DNA of 64,000 nucleotides from an uncultured Acidobacteriota bacterium (GTDB lineage Bacteria; Acidobacteriota; Thermoanaerobaculia; Multivoradales; Multivoraceae): positions 2,184,097 through 2,248,096 of the forward strand of contig CAWKPF010000003.1 of NCBI GenBank assembly GCA_963851415.1, written 5' to 3'. How positions within the stretch are numbered: the first letter of the stretch is position 1; every line of letters starts with the position of its first letter. This document shows, one piece after another, positions 10,153 to 21,000 of the stretch. Position numbers and translations under genes: made by a program. The notes beneath the pieces were generated by a model, which was given only the letters and a program-made list of their open reading frames with translations, made no database searches and had not been told where the DNA came from.

Positions 10153-10314
10153 CAGCAACGACTCCGATCCGGTCGGGCTCGACACCGAGCCTCGACCTCT
10201 CGAACCCTATGCGGTCGCAGCGCTCCCGTCCTTGACGCAGGTCAATCGACCGAAATTCGCCATCCTCGGCGGACGCGCCGGGGAGCCCGCTCTCACCGAC
10301 AGGCCGACTCGCCT

Positions 10315-11568
10315 TCAACGAGGAGTGGGTTTGCCGGAGCGCTTCTCGCGACGCCGCTCTTCGATCTCCCCGAGGACCGCTGCGGGCAGCTCCCGATCCT
10401 CACGTGCGAGTCCGAGGCCCTCGAGGTAGCGACCGAGGTCCTCCTGCTCCGCCAGGTGCTCGAGAACGTTCTCTGGGCGATAGAGATCGAGCTCGTCGTG
10501 GCTGGCCGGGTCGGCGTCGAGGCGCTGGATCACCGCCTTGTCGAGCACGAGGTTCGCCCTCTCCGGATGCCCGACGAGCGATCGCACCCCCTTCCCGACC
10601 CGAAATCGAGCCGCCTCGAGCGCCCGATACGCGACCGTCCGCGACGGGTAGAGCCGCCCCTGCGGGTACGGGCGGAAGTACCCGATGTACTCCTCATCGA
10701 CCCTCAGCCCCGTGCGCTCCGCCTCGCCCAGCATCCAGCGGAAGGAGAGATTGGCCAATCCGTCCGAAAGGAGACCGCCGCCGACGTTCCCGTGGCAGCC
10801 GGCGAACCAGCGCTGCTCGAGCGACTGTCTCGGATGGTGGTCACGCCAGATCTCCGGCCGGAAGTCATAGCGACGCTCGTCGACCGCCAACGCCTGACGG
10901 GCATGGCGAACACACTGCGGCGGACGCTCTCCGACATGGAAGGAGCGACCCTCGACCGAGGTGCCTCGCGAGGCCCGAAACCGTGACCCCAGCGCCATCA
11001 CCGTGTCCCACACGCCGAGGAAGTCGATCGCGACCCGCTGCAGCGGCGCCTGCAAACCGTTCACGATCTGATGCAGAGTCGACTCGCGATCGGCGGTACC
11101 ACCGGAAACGACGTAGCGGCGGAAGAGGAAGGGAAGCCAATAGGCGTCGCGCTTCGAGGTGATTCCTCCCAGCCAGTCGAGGAAACGGGCGAGGCCACGA
11201 GCCTGTGCAGCCCCTCGGCTGTAGCCGAAGAGCAGCACGGAGTCGCCTTCCTGGTAGTTGTTCACCAGGAAGGTCAACGCGTCCTCGATATTGCGCTCGA
11301 ACCCGGCGCCCCAACCACCGCCGAGCCGGCTGTCGACCAGACGCAGGACTCGGTTCGCGATGCCGGGATAGACACCTTGCGCCCCGACCCCGATGCCGTA
11401 GTAGCTGATCTGCTGGCAGGCCCCGTCCCAGGGCGTGACCGCTCGGCAGACCTTGAGCGGATTCGAGGGACGGTAGACCAGGCGCCCGTCATCGCGCGTC
11501 TTGCGCCGGTAGGGGTTGTTCCACGTGCCATCGAGGCACATCACGATCCGTTTCGTCGGTCCCGACAT
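10315..11568 (-). CDS. DUF2235 (Tle1-like) alpha/beta-hydrolase domain protein
   Basis: CLDGTWN, FGYSRGA, GVWDTV, ALAVDERR and WFAGCHGNVGGG motifs. Confidence 0.92.
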   Translation of the reverse strand: MSGPTKRIVMCLDGTWNNPYRRKTRDDGRLVYRPSNPLKVCRAVTPWDGACQQISYYGIGVGAQGVYPGIANRVLRLVDSRLGGGWGAGFERNIEDALTFLVNNYQEGDSVLLFGYSRGAAQARGLARFLDWLGGITSKRDAYWLPFLFRRYVVSGGTADRESTLHQIVNGLQAPLQRVAIDFLGVWDTVMALGSRFRASRGTSVEGRSFHVGERPPQCVRHARQALAVDERRYDFRPEIWRDHHPRQSLEQRWFAGCHGNVGGGLLSDGLANLSFRWMLGEAERTGLRVDEEYIGYFRPYPQGRLYPSRTVAYRALEAARFRVGKGVRSLVGHPERANLVLDKAVIQRLDADPASHDELDLYRPENVLEHLAEQEDLGRYLEGLGLAREDRELPAAVLGEIEERRREKRSGKPTPR

Positions 11569-11694
11569 CGATACCGAGCCTACGGCGACTCGGCCCTGCG
11601 TTCCAGCTCACCTCTGCACTATCCTGGGGCCACTCGCCATCGCCGAGGCTCGGCGACCTTTCGCGCCACCAACCAGGAAATCGAGGATCCGGAC

Positions 11695-14226
11695 ATGGCC
11701 AGCAGGATCGTGAGGGAGATCGCCGAGGATGGCAGTCGCCGCCTGCGAGCCCTGTTGCGACGGGACGCCGTTACGCTCCTCCTCGGCCTGGCTGCCGCCA
11801 GCGCAGAGATGACGGCCGCCCAGACCCGGGTCGAGTTTCATCTCCTCCCGGCGACCACCACCGGACCGATGGATCCCGACTGGAGCCCGGATGGCCAGTG
11901 GATCGCCTTCTCCATGCGGGGGGACATCTGGAAGATTCCGGCGCAGGGCGGCGAAGCAATCGCACTCACTGCCGGGCCGGACTACCACTTCGAGCCCGAC
12001 TGGAGTCCCGACGGTCGCTCCCTCGCCGTGGTCGTGGAGTCCGAGGGCCGCCACGACCTGGCCTGGATCCCGGCGGACGGCCTCCCGCCGGGTGCCCGGG
12101 CGCTTCGACTGACCGACGACGCCGCGCTCGACCTGCAGCCCGATTGGAGCCCCGATGGAACGGCGCTCTTCTTCACGCGCCGTTCCGGAGGCGACCTCGG
12201 GATCTACCGACTCGCCGTCGAGCAGCGCACGGACGGAACCGCGCACCCGATCGCAGAGCCACACCCGTTCGTCGCCCAGCCCGGCCACCAGTTCTTTCCC
12301 GCGGTCTCACCAGACGGCAGCACGCTGGCCTGGGTGGGGCGGCTGGAAGGAAAGGTGGGATCGGGAGTGGTGTGGACACGGCCGCTTCTCGACCCGGACG
12401 CCGAGCCTCGCCTTCTGATCGACGAGGAAACGAGCTACCGGACGGCTCCCCGCTGGTCCGCGGACGGCTCGGCGCTGCTCTATTCCACCGACGACACCGG
12501 CTCCAGCGACATCGCCCTCGTCTCCCTTCGAGGCGGCCAGCGAATTCTCCTTACCGAAGAGCCGCACGACGAGTTCGCTCCGGCCCCGTCTCCCGATGGC
12601 ACCGAAATCGTCTTCGTTTCCAACCACGAAGGCCCCGCACGGCTCTATCGGCTTTCGACAGCGGGGGGCGTCCGAAGGGATTGGCGAGCCACACCGATAC
12701 GCACTCGTATCCCCCGGAGCCCCGTCGGTCGGCTGAACGGACACGTCCGTGGCCGGGGCTCGCAACCACTCCCCGCCCGACTCGTCGTGGTCGCTTCCGA
12801 CGGCCGTGCCTACACGGAAAATGACGGATTCCTGCGTCGCTTCTGGATCCATGACACCCACTACTCTCACGTCGAGAGCGACTTCGAGCTGGAGCTGCCC
12901 GAGGGACCGACCCGAGTCCTGGCGATGAGAGGCTTCGAGTACCTTCCCGCAGAAGTCACGACAGAAATCGTGGCGGAGACCACGGCCCAGGTCACCCTCG
13001 AGCTCGAGCGTCTCATCGACATGCCGGCCCGTGGCTGGTACTCGGGCGACACCCACAGCCACGACCTCCACGAGGGCCGCCAGGGGCTGACCCAGGAGGA
13101 GTTCTTTCGCTTCAGCCGGGCCGACGACCTGCACGTCACCAACGCCCTGATCCACATGGACGGCACCAAGCTCATGGGTCGCTGGGCCGACCTCACCGGC
13201 GAGCCCTTCCCCGGCTCCGACGAGCAATACATCCTCTACTATTCCCAGGAGTTCAGGGGCTCCTTCGGCCACGTCGCACTGCTCGGGCTGGAGCGCTTCG
13301 TGATGCCACTCATCGGCGGAGCCTCCGGCACACCGTTCGCCGAGGACGTGCTCAAGCTCGACCACCTCGAGGCCGTCCGGCGGCAAGGCGGCATCGGCGG
13401 GTACGTCCACCCCTACAACGGCCCGACCTCGACGCCGCAGGAGGCAGCGGCCGCCGATATCGCAGTGCACGTCGCCCTCGGAGCCGGCGAGTTCTACGAC
13501 GTCATCTCGATCGCCTCTCAGGAGTGGCCCAGCGTGGCGATGTACTACCGATTTCTCAACTGCGGCTTCCCCCTCGCTGCCACCGGGGGAACGGACAACT
13601 TCTCCGACGCATATCGAGACCCCTCCCCGGGAACCGCACGCACCTACGCGTACCTTCCGGACGGGCTCTCCTACCCAGGGTGGCTCGAGGCGATCCGCGA
13701 GAGCAGGACGTTCGCCACCAGCGGCCCGCTACTCGAGCTCACCGTGGCCGGGGAGCGTCCGGGCAGCACGATCGATCGGACTGCGGCCGACTCGCGCGAG
13801 CTCCCCTTCGAGCTGGAGGTGGCCAGTCTCTTCCCCCTCGACTCGGTCGAGATCGTGGTCAATGGCCGGGTGGTCCAGCGATTCGAAGCCCCCGGAGCCC
13901 CCCGACGCTGGAGTTTCGCCGGCACCCTCGACCTTCCCGCTGGGGGCTGGGTCGCCGCCCGAGCGGTAGGCCCACCTCATCCGCTGGTCGGCGACGACTT
14001 TCCCTTCGCCCACACCAGCCCCGTGTGGGTGACTCACGACGGTGAGCCGTACCGCTCGCCCGCCGACGCCCGCTTTCTCCTCGAGACGATCGACGCCCTC
14101 TGGCAACGGGTCGAGAGCCGAGATCGGTTCCGCAACGACGACAGCCGTCGTCGCTATCGAGAGACCCTCGACCGTGCTCGGATGGTCTTGTCCCGGATCG
14201 CAGGCGGGGAGAACCCTCGACCTTGA
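11695..14226 (+). CDS. Secreted TolB-like PD40 beta-propeller fused to a CehA/McbA-family (PHP-like) metallohydrolase
   Basis: Multiple PxWSPDG repeats. GWYSGDTHSH, QEFRGSFGH, YVHP, ATGGTD and FAHTSPVW motifs. Start position uncertain. Confidence 0.85.
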   Translation: MASRIVREIAEDGSRRLRALLRRDAVTLLLGLAAASAEMTAAQTRVEFHLLPATTTGPMDPDWSPDGQWIAFSMRGDIWKIPAQGGEAIALTAGPDYHFEPDWSPDGRSLAVVVESEGRHDLAWIPADGLPPGARALRLTDDAALDLQPDWSPDGTALFFTRRSGGDLGIYRLAVEQRTDGTAHPIAEPHPFVAQPGHQFFPAVSPDGSTLAWVGRLEGKVGSGVVWTRPLLDPDAEPRLLIDEETSYRTAPRWSADGSALLYSTDDTGSSDIALVSLRGGQRILLTEEPHDEFAPAPSPDGTEIVFVSNHEGPARLYRLSTAGGVRRDWRATPIRTRIPRSPVGRLNGHVRGRGSQPLPARLVVVASDGRAYTENDGFLRRFWIHDTHYSHVESDFELELPEGPTRVLAMRGFEYLPAEVTTEIVAETTAQVTLELERLIDMPARGWYSGDTHSHDLHEGRQGLTQEEFFRFSRADDLHVTNALIHMDGTKLMGRWADLTGEPFPGSDEQYILYYSQEFRGSFGHVALLGLERFVMPLIGGASGTPFAEDVLKLDHLEAVRRQGGIGGYVHPYNGPTSTPQEAAAADIAVHVALGAGEFYDVISIASQEWPSVAMYYRFLNCGFPLAATGGTDNFSDAYRDPSPGTARTYAYLPDGLSYPGWLEAIRESRTFATSGPLLELTVAGERPGSTIDRTAADSRELPFELEVASLFPLDSVEIVVNGRVVQRFEAPGAPRRWSFAGTLDLPAGGWVAARAVGPPHPLVGDDFPFAHTSPVWVTHDGEPYRSPADARFLLETIDALWQRVESRDRFRNDDSRRRYRETLDRARMVLSRIAGGENPRP

Positions 14227-15248
14227 GCTCCGTGCCCATCGTTCTCCTCGGCTTCGGCCACGTCGGTCAGGCCATCCTGAAGCTGCTGGGCGAGTACGAC
14301 GGCTTCGCCGCCGAAGGGGCTCGACTCGCCCTCCACTCGGTGTTCGACAGCCGGGGCGGAGTCGTGCTCGGACCCCTCGAAGGATCACGCCTGCTCGACG
14401 CCAAGCTCCGGGGCGGCAGTGTGACCGGCGTCGCGGGAGCACAATGCATCGAGCTCGACGAAGCCCTGGCACGGGCCGCTCCAGGAATTCTCGTCGACTG
14501 CAGCACCACCGACGCGGACTCTGGCGAGCCCGGTTTCGATGCCGCCCGCCGCGCCCTCGAGCGCGGGATGTCGGTCGTCTTCGCCAGCAAGGGGCCGCTG
14601 GTCGCCCACTTCGAGGAGCTGTCTCGGATCGCCCGACGGCGTGGGGCTCGAATCGGAGTGTCGGCCGCCGTAGGGGTACCCCTGCCAACGCTCGAAGTCG
14701 GTACCCTGGGTCTGCGCGGCGCCGGCCTGCGCCGTTTCCGAGCCGTCCTCAACGACACGTCGAATCAGCTGCTCCGGGACCTCGAAGCAGGCCTTTCGCT
14801 GGAGGAATCGATCGAGCTGGCACGCAGCGCGGGCACGATCGAAGCCGACTCCCGTCTCGACATCGACGGCTGGGACGCAACCTACAAGCTGCTGATCCTG
14901 GCTCGCATTCTCTGGCGGCCCGACCTACACCTCGACGACGTCGAGACGATCGGGGTCGGCGCCGTCCGAACGACCCAGCTCAGCCAGGCCCGCTCCCGCG
15001 GGAGGCGCATTCGCCTGATTGCCACCGGTGAGCGCGCGCAGGACGCTACGCTGCGCCTGACGGTGAGACCGGAGTCCCTCGAAGCGGACGATCCGCTCTT
15101 CTCGCTCGGGCCGGGCGAGAAGGGATGCATCTTCGAAACCGAGTCGATGGGTACTCTCGCCATCCGCAGCAGCCAGGGCGGCCCTCTCACCACGGCTGCC
15201 TGTGTGATCAAGGACGTGCTGAATCTCACGGTGGCGCCCGGGATCTAG
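14223..15248 (+). CDS. Homoserine dehydrogenase-like protein (short form, divergent)
   Basis: GFGHVG Rossmann motif, ASKGPL, LNDTSN, EAD-x3-DIDGWDATYK and TAACVIKD. No ACT domain. Confidence 0.8.
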   Translation: MSSVPIVLLGFGHVGQAILKLLGEYDGFAAEGARLALHSVFDSRGGVVLGPLEGSRLLDAKLRGGSVTGVAGAQCIELDEALARAAPGILVDCSTTDADSGEPGFDAARRALERGMSVVFASKGPLVAHFEELSRIARRRGARIGVSAAVGVPLPTLEVGTLGLRGAGLRRFRAVLNDTSNQLLRDLEAGLSLEESIELARSAGTIEADSRLDIDGWDATYKLLILARILWRPDLHLDDVETIGVGAVRTTQLSQARSRGRRIRLIATGERAQDATLRLTVRPESLEADDPLFSLGPGEKGCIFETESMGTLAIRSSQGGPLTTAACVIKDVLNLTVAPGI

Positions 15249-15259
15249 CGAAGGCGGCG

Positions 15260-16600
15260 TCACGCGCCACACTGGCCTTCGAGGATCCAGGCCGCGATGT
15301 CGGAGATCACGATGTTCGCCACGGGAAGTCTCGCCTGGTAGTCGGCTGGCGTCGACGGGCCACTGCCCTCGTGAAAGAGATGGTCGAGGGCCGGATAGCT
15401 CTTCAGACAGGCGAACTCCTTGCCGTCGAGGGCGTCCTGCCAGAGAGCGAAGTCGCCCATGGTGACCTGGTAGTCGCGCTCCCCCTGTAGCACCAGGATC
15501 GGCAGCTGGATTCGGGCAGCGGTCTGTTCCGGCGGGTGTGCCTCGAGGTCGGCGTAGTAGCCGATCGGCGCTCCCATGAAGTACCCCGACGGAGCTTCGA
15601 TCTTGCCCTCGATCGCATCCCGTACGGTCTTCATCTGCTGCCGGACGGCCTCGACCTGCTGCTCCTGGGCGTCGTCGAGCGCGGGCGCCAGACTCGCCAC
15701 GTACTCCGTCTGCTCGACGATCTTCTCCGGGAAGGGCAACGTCGGTCCCGCCATGACGATGAGTCCCGCAACCGGCGTCGTGCCATCGGGAATCCGCGGA
15801 AGGACCGCTCCGCCCAGGGAGTGGCCGATCAGGTACGTGCGCGACGCATCGACCTCCGGGGCCGCCCCGAGCACCTTCAAAGCACGTCGAGCATCGACGA
15901 TGACCTCCTCCTCGACGGTCAGGTCGTCGCCGAGCGAAACCAGCGAGTCGGGTCGAGCGAGGCTTCGCTTGTCGTAACGCAGGGAGGCGATCCCCTTCTC
16001 GGCCAATCCCCAGGCGAGGTCACGAAAGGGCTTGTTGGGTCCGATGGTCTCGTCGCGATCGTTGGGGCCAGAGCCATGGACCAGCACGACCCCGGGAAAG
16101 GGACCCTCTCCTTCGGGCACCAACAAGACCCCGGGGAGCCTCGCCTCTTGTGTGCCCACCTCGACCTCACGCTCTTCCCCGGGGGCCTCCAGGACGTCCT
16201 CGGAGGGCGGTTCGAGTCGGGGCAGGAACTGTAGTCCCGCCACCTTGTTCGCGGGCTCGAACACGACCCGGGCATCCACCTCGCCCTTCTCGAAATCGAG
16301 TGGCACCCGAAACTGGTCGTAGCCCGAGATCGTTCCCTCGTGCCAGGGCTCCCCCATCCCCGTCAGGGCGCCGAGCTGGGGCTCGATGGAGGCCAGGATC
16401 TGCTCGACCTTCTCGGGAGACATCGCTGCCTTCATCGCGGCATCGTGAAACGGATCGAGCGCCGCTGGATCCTGTTCGAACAACACCTGGACATAGCGCA
16501 GGGCCTCTCCCGCGAGCGTCTCGAGACGCCCCTCGGGGGACTGTCCCATCCCCATTGGCGCAAGCAGCAGAACCGCCAGCAGCTGGATCGCAGCGATCAT
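15260..16600 (-). CDS. Secreted alpha/beta hydrolase with N-terminal DUF3887
   Basis: Signal peptide. VHGSGPNDRDE, RYDKR, GHSLG, QGERDYQV and LDHLF motifs. Confidence 0.9.
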   Translation of the reverse strand: MIAAIQLLAVLLLAPMGMGQSPEGRLETLAGEALRYVQVLFEQDPAALDPFHDAAMKAAMSPEKVEQILASIEPQLGALTGMGEPWHEGTISGYDQFRVPLDFEKGEVDARVVFEPANKVAGLQFLPRLEPPSEDVLEAPGEEREVEVGTQEARLPGVLLVPEGEGPFPGVVLVHGSGPNDRDETIGPNKPFRDLAWGLAEKGIASLRYDKRSLARPDSLVSLGDDLTVEEEVIVDARRALKVLGAAPEVDASRTYLIGHSLGGAVLPRIPDGTTPVAGLIVMAGPTLPFPEKIVEQTEYVASLAPALDDAQEQQVEAVRQQMKTVRDAIEGKIEAPSGYFMGAPIGYYADLEAHPPEQTAARIQLPILVLQGERDYQVTMGDFALWQDALDGKEFACLKSYPALDHLFHEGSGPSTPADYQARLPVANIVISDIAAWILEGQCGA

Positions 16601-16814
16601 GGTCACACTCCCGTTCGTCCCTCGTTCGTCGACGGATCCAAGGGTACACCCCTCGGTCGCGTCGGAGGGGAGAAAGACGGCTCGTTCAGCCGACTCGATA
16701 CGACCCGGCCACCCGACGGAGCGATGCCGCCCCGAAGGGCGGTCCTCCGCCCTGACCGAACGGTCCCGGGCCATCCACCCCCCCCTCGGGGGTGCAATGA
16801 CCTCCTTTCTAGTA

Positions 16815-16834
16815 AACTGGCCACTCGGCCAGTT
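16815..16834. promoter_or_regulatory. Palindromic operator (TetR-like) upstream of the RND operon
   Basis: AACTGGCC-ACTC-GGCCAGTT overlaps a TAAACT -10-like hexamer, about 30 bp before ATG 16866. Confidence 0.6.
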
Positions 16835-16865
16835 CTGGCCGCCCTCCGCAGAGGCTCCCCCTCGA

Positions 16866-17996
16866 ATGCGCTCTCTCCTCTCGCTCCTGGCTCACGCTGG
16901 CGCTGGTGCTGCCCTCCTCTCGGGATGCGGAGGCGCCGACGCCACGGCGATCGACTCCGACGCCAACGCGATCTATGCCGAGACCATCCCGGTCGAGACG
17001 CTGGTCCTCGGCACTCAGTCCTTCGACGAGCGCTACGCGGCGGCCGGGGTGATCGAAGCCGAGGAGGAGGTCTCGGTGAGCGCCGAGATCGCCGGGCGGA
17101 TCACCGCCGTCGAGCGCGAGATCGGCGACTCGGTGGCCCCAGGAGCCTTGCTCGTCCAACTCGACGATCGCTCCCAATCGGCTCGGGTGGCCAAGCTCGA
17201 GGCCGAGACTGCGCGCGAGGAGACCCAGCTGCGGTGGGCGCGCCGCGATCTCGAGCGCCAATCCAGGCTGTACGACACCCAGGTCGCCGCCGAGCGAGCC
17301 CGAGACGATGCTCAGCGACTGGTGGAAACCACCGAAGGCAATCTCGCCGCGGTGCGAGCCGACCTCGAGATCGCGCGGGTCGAGCTCAGCCACACGCGCA
17401 TCGCCAGTCCGATCCGGGGAACGGTCTCGAAGCGGTACGTCTCCGCCGGGGAGTACGTCACTCCGGGCACTCGGCTCTACGACCTCGTGGCCACCGATAC
17501 CGTGAAGTTCGTCTTCTCGGCCGCCGAGCGCGACGTCACCGGAATTCGCTCAGGGCAGGAGATGACTGTGGGAATCGACGCCTACGAAGGTGTCCCCTTC
17601 GAGGGATCCGTCGCCGCGATCTCACCGGCCGGAAGCCAGGGCACGCGCACCTTCCGGGTCGAGCTGAAGATCGAGAACGATGGCGAGGCGCGCCTCCTTC
17701 CCGGGATGGCGGGGCGCGCAGATGTGATCCGGCGCTCGCACGAGCGCGTCTATCTGCTGCCCGAGAGCGCCATCCTGCGCGACGGACACAGCAGCTATGT
17801 CTACCTCGTCGAGAACGACACTGCCCACCGCACCGACATCGAGATCATCGGTCAGTCCGGCTCCCTCGCCGTCGTCGCTCCCTCCTTCGATCTCGCCGGC
17901 GACTGCATCATTCTCGGCCAGGCAGCGGTCACAGAGGGCACACCGGTCACGGTTCGGCGACGCCACGAGACCCCGCCGCTCGCGACCTTCGACTGA
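16866..17996 (+). CDS. RND efflux periplasmic adaptor (MFP) lipoprotein
   Basis: LLSGC lipobox, lipoyl halves (VSAEIAGRI, IASPIRGTV), TRTFRV and LLPGM. Confidence 0.92.
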   Translation: MRSLLSLLAHAGAGAALLSGCGGADATAIDSDANAIYAETIPVETLVLGTQSFDERYAAAGVIEAEEEVSVSAEIAGRITAVEREIGDSVAPGALLVQLDDRSQSARVAKLEAETAREETQLRWARRDLERQSRLYDTQVAAERARDDAQRLVETTEGNLAAVRADLEIARVELSHTRIASPIRGTVSKRYVSAGEYVTPGTRLYDLVATDTVKFVFSAAERDVTGIRSGQEMTVGIDAYEGVPFEGSVAAISPAGSQGTRTFRVELKIENDGEARLLPGMAGRADVIRRSHERVYLLPESAILRDGHSSYVYLVENDTAHRTDIEIIGQSGSLAVVAPSFDLAGDCIILGQAAVTEGTPVTVRRRHETPPLATFD

Positions 17997-18038
17997 GCCC
18001 CTCGGCTCACCTCCGGACCTCCGCGAGTCTTCCCAGTC

Positions 18039-21000
18039 ATGAGCCTACCGCGCTTCTCCGTCGGCAACCCCGTGCTGGTCAATCTGATCGTGGTCTTGAT
18101 CGTGATCGCGGGAGCGCAGGCCTATCGAACGATGCCGAAGGACCAGTACCCGGACGTCGCGATGGCGGCCGTGATCGTGAGGACGGTGATGCCGGGCGCG
18201 GCACCCAAGGAAATCGAACAGCTGGTCACGATTCCGCTGGAAGAGGAGCTCGCCAAGCTGGACGACATCGACTCGATGGAGTCGACCTCCGCGGAGGGTA
18301 TCTCCCAGATCTTCATCCAGTTCGACGTCGATTCCGACCGGAACTTCGAGAAGTTGACGGAGGTCCAGAACAAGATCGACCAGGTGCAGCGCTTCCCCGA
18401 AGATGCCGAGCCCCCACTCGTCCGCGAAGCGAAGCCGCCCTTCTTCACTGCCACTGTCGCGATCCTCGGTTCTGCACCCGAGCACGAGGTCAAGGAGTTC
18501 TCGGACGACCTCGAAGACGCCCTCAAGCTACTCGACGGAGTCGCTGAGATCCGCGCCACCGGACTCCGCGAGCGCGAGATCTGGGTCGAGGCCGACCCCA
18601 CCCGCCTCTACTCCTACGGTCTTTCTCTCGCGGATGTCTCACAGGCACTGGCGCGCCGCAACCTCAACCTGCAGGGAGGCAACATCCGCATGGGGCGCGG
18701 CGAGTTCGCTGTGCGCACCGAGGCCGAGTTCCAGAACCTCGAGCAGATCAGGGGCACCATTCTTCGTGAAGACGAGAACGGCTACGTCTATGTCCGAGAC
18801 GTCGCCACGGTGAGAGACACCTTCGAGGAACGCCGCTCCCTGGCTCGTCTCGACGGTCAGCCCAGTGTCAACCTGATCATCAACAAGGATCGCTCGAGCA
18901 ACACGCTCACGCTGATCGACGACATCAAGGCCAAGGTCGAGGAGTTCGAGGGGCGCCTGCCGGCCGGCACGTACATACGTATCGTCGACGACTCGTCGAT
19001 CGAGATCCGTAACCGACTGAACGGCCTCTACAGCAACCTGCTGCTCGGGCTGGCACTGGTGATTCTCTCGATCTCGATCTTCATCGGCCGGCGCGCGGCA
19101 CTGATGGTGGCCTTCGGGATTCCTGTGGCCTTCCTCGCCACGTTCACCATGATCCAGTGGTACGGCTACTCGGTGAACACGCTGGTGCTCTTCAGTCTCA
19201 TTCTGGTCATCGGCCTCATCGTCGACGATGCGATCGTAGTGTGCGAGAACATCTACCGACACTACGAAGCCGGCATGCCGATCACCGACGCCGCCATCAA
19301 GGGGACCGAACAGATCATCAAGCCGGTGACTGCCACCGTGATGACTACGGTGGCCGCGTTTCTGCCGCTTCTCCTGATGGGCGGCATCCTCGGCGAGTTC
19401 ATGGGCATCATCCCAGTCGTGGTCAGCCTGGCACTCGTCGCCTCGCTCTTCGAGGCCTTCGTCATTCTTCCCGCCCACGTCGCCGACTGGGGTGCCAGGC
19501 GCGACCGGCGCGACGAGTCGAGAGGGATCGGGGAGTCGCGCCCATGGCTCCAGAACCTGCTCGGCAGGTACTCGCGACTGCTCGAGTTCTCCCTGCGGTT
19601 TCGCTACCCCGCCGTCGCGGTCGCCCTGCTGGTGGCCGTCCTCTGCGCTCACCTCGCCTTCAACAAAATGGACTTCATCCTGTTCGGAGGACGCGACCTG
19701 GACGCGTTTGCCGTTGCGGTCGAGGCGCCTCCGGGGGCTACCATCGAAGAGACCACCCGCATCCTCACGGAGATCGAGCGCCGCGCAATGGTCCTCGGTG
19801 AGCGCACCGGTGAAACCGAGAGCGTGCGCACCGAGGTCGGCTCCCTCGGACGCAACTCCGCCAATCGCACCACCGGGATGCACGTCGGAGAGGTAACGCT
19901 CGATCTGGTCGACCTCACCGAACGCGAGCGTATGGGGGGCGAGGTCAGAGACGAGCTGCGCGCCCTGCTGCGGGACATCACGGGAGTTCGGTCGCTGAAC
20001 ATCGAAGACGCCCGGACCGGCCCCCCGGTCGGCAAGGCGGTCGCCGTCCGAGTCATCGGCAACAACCTCGACACATTGAAATCGATCTCCGAGGAGATCA
20101 AGGCCTATCTTCGGACTCTCGACGGTGTCAAGGACGTCATCGACAGCTTTCCACCGGGCAAGGACGAAGTCCGTCCGGTCCTCGACCTCGACCGGATCGC
20201 GGCGCTCGGTCTGGACGTGCAAACCATCGCACGCGAGATCCGTGGCGCCTTCGACGGACTCGAGGCAACGCGAGTCTACGACGGCCACGAAGAGATCGAG
20301 GTGATGGTCAAGTATGACGAAGCCCATCGCTCGAGCCTCGCGAATCTGGCCGACATGCAGTTCGCGACACCCCGCGGGATGGTGCCCTTCAGCAACGTCG
20401 CCCACCTGGAACGAACCCAGGGAGTCGCCCAGATCGAGCACTACTTCCAGAATCGCACGATCACGGTCACCGCCGACGTCGTCCCCGGAGTGACCACCTC
20501 CAACCGCGCCAACGAAATGTTGATGGAACAGTTCGCCGACGTTCCCGATCGCTATCCCGGCTACATCCTCGAGCTGGGCGGCGAGTACGAAGACACCCAG
20601 GAATCGGTGGACGCGATGTTCCGAGCCTTCACGGTCAGCGTCGTGCTGATCTACGTGATCCTGGGAGGTCTCTTCCGCTCGTTTGCCCAACCCCTGATCG
20701 TGATGTTCGCGCTTCCCTTCGCCTTCATTGGCGTGATCCTCGGCTTCTATGTGCTCCGTGAGCCTCTGGGAATGTTCTCCATCATCGGAGCGATTGCTCT
20801 GGCAGGAATCGTGGTCAACGACTCTCTCATCTTGATCGACTTCATCAATCGCAAACGCGGCGAAGGTCTCGGTGAAATCGACTCGATCGTCACGGCTTCG
20901 GCGATGCGACTGCGGCCCATCATCCTGACCTCGGTCACCACCATTCTCGGTCTGTTGCCGATGGGCCTGGGGCTCTTCGGTGTCGATCGCTTTCTCAAAC

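Noticed and set aside
10153-10263. In-frame upstream ATG with an internal TAG before the microprotein (possible readthrough)
   Set aside because: The upstream peptide is not protein-like and the downstream ATG has its own RBS. No pyrrolysine genes are visible.
10315-11568. T6SS Tle1 effector
   Set aside because: There are no vgrG, PAAR or immunity genes nearby, and standalone DUF2235 proteins are common.
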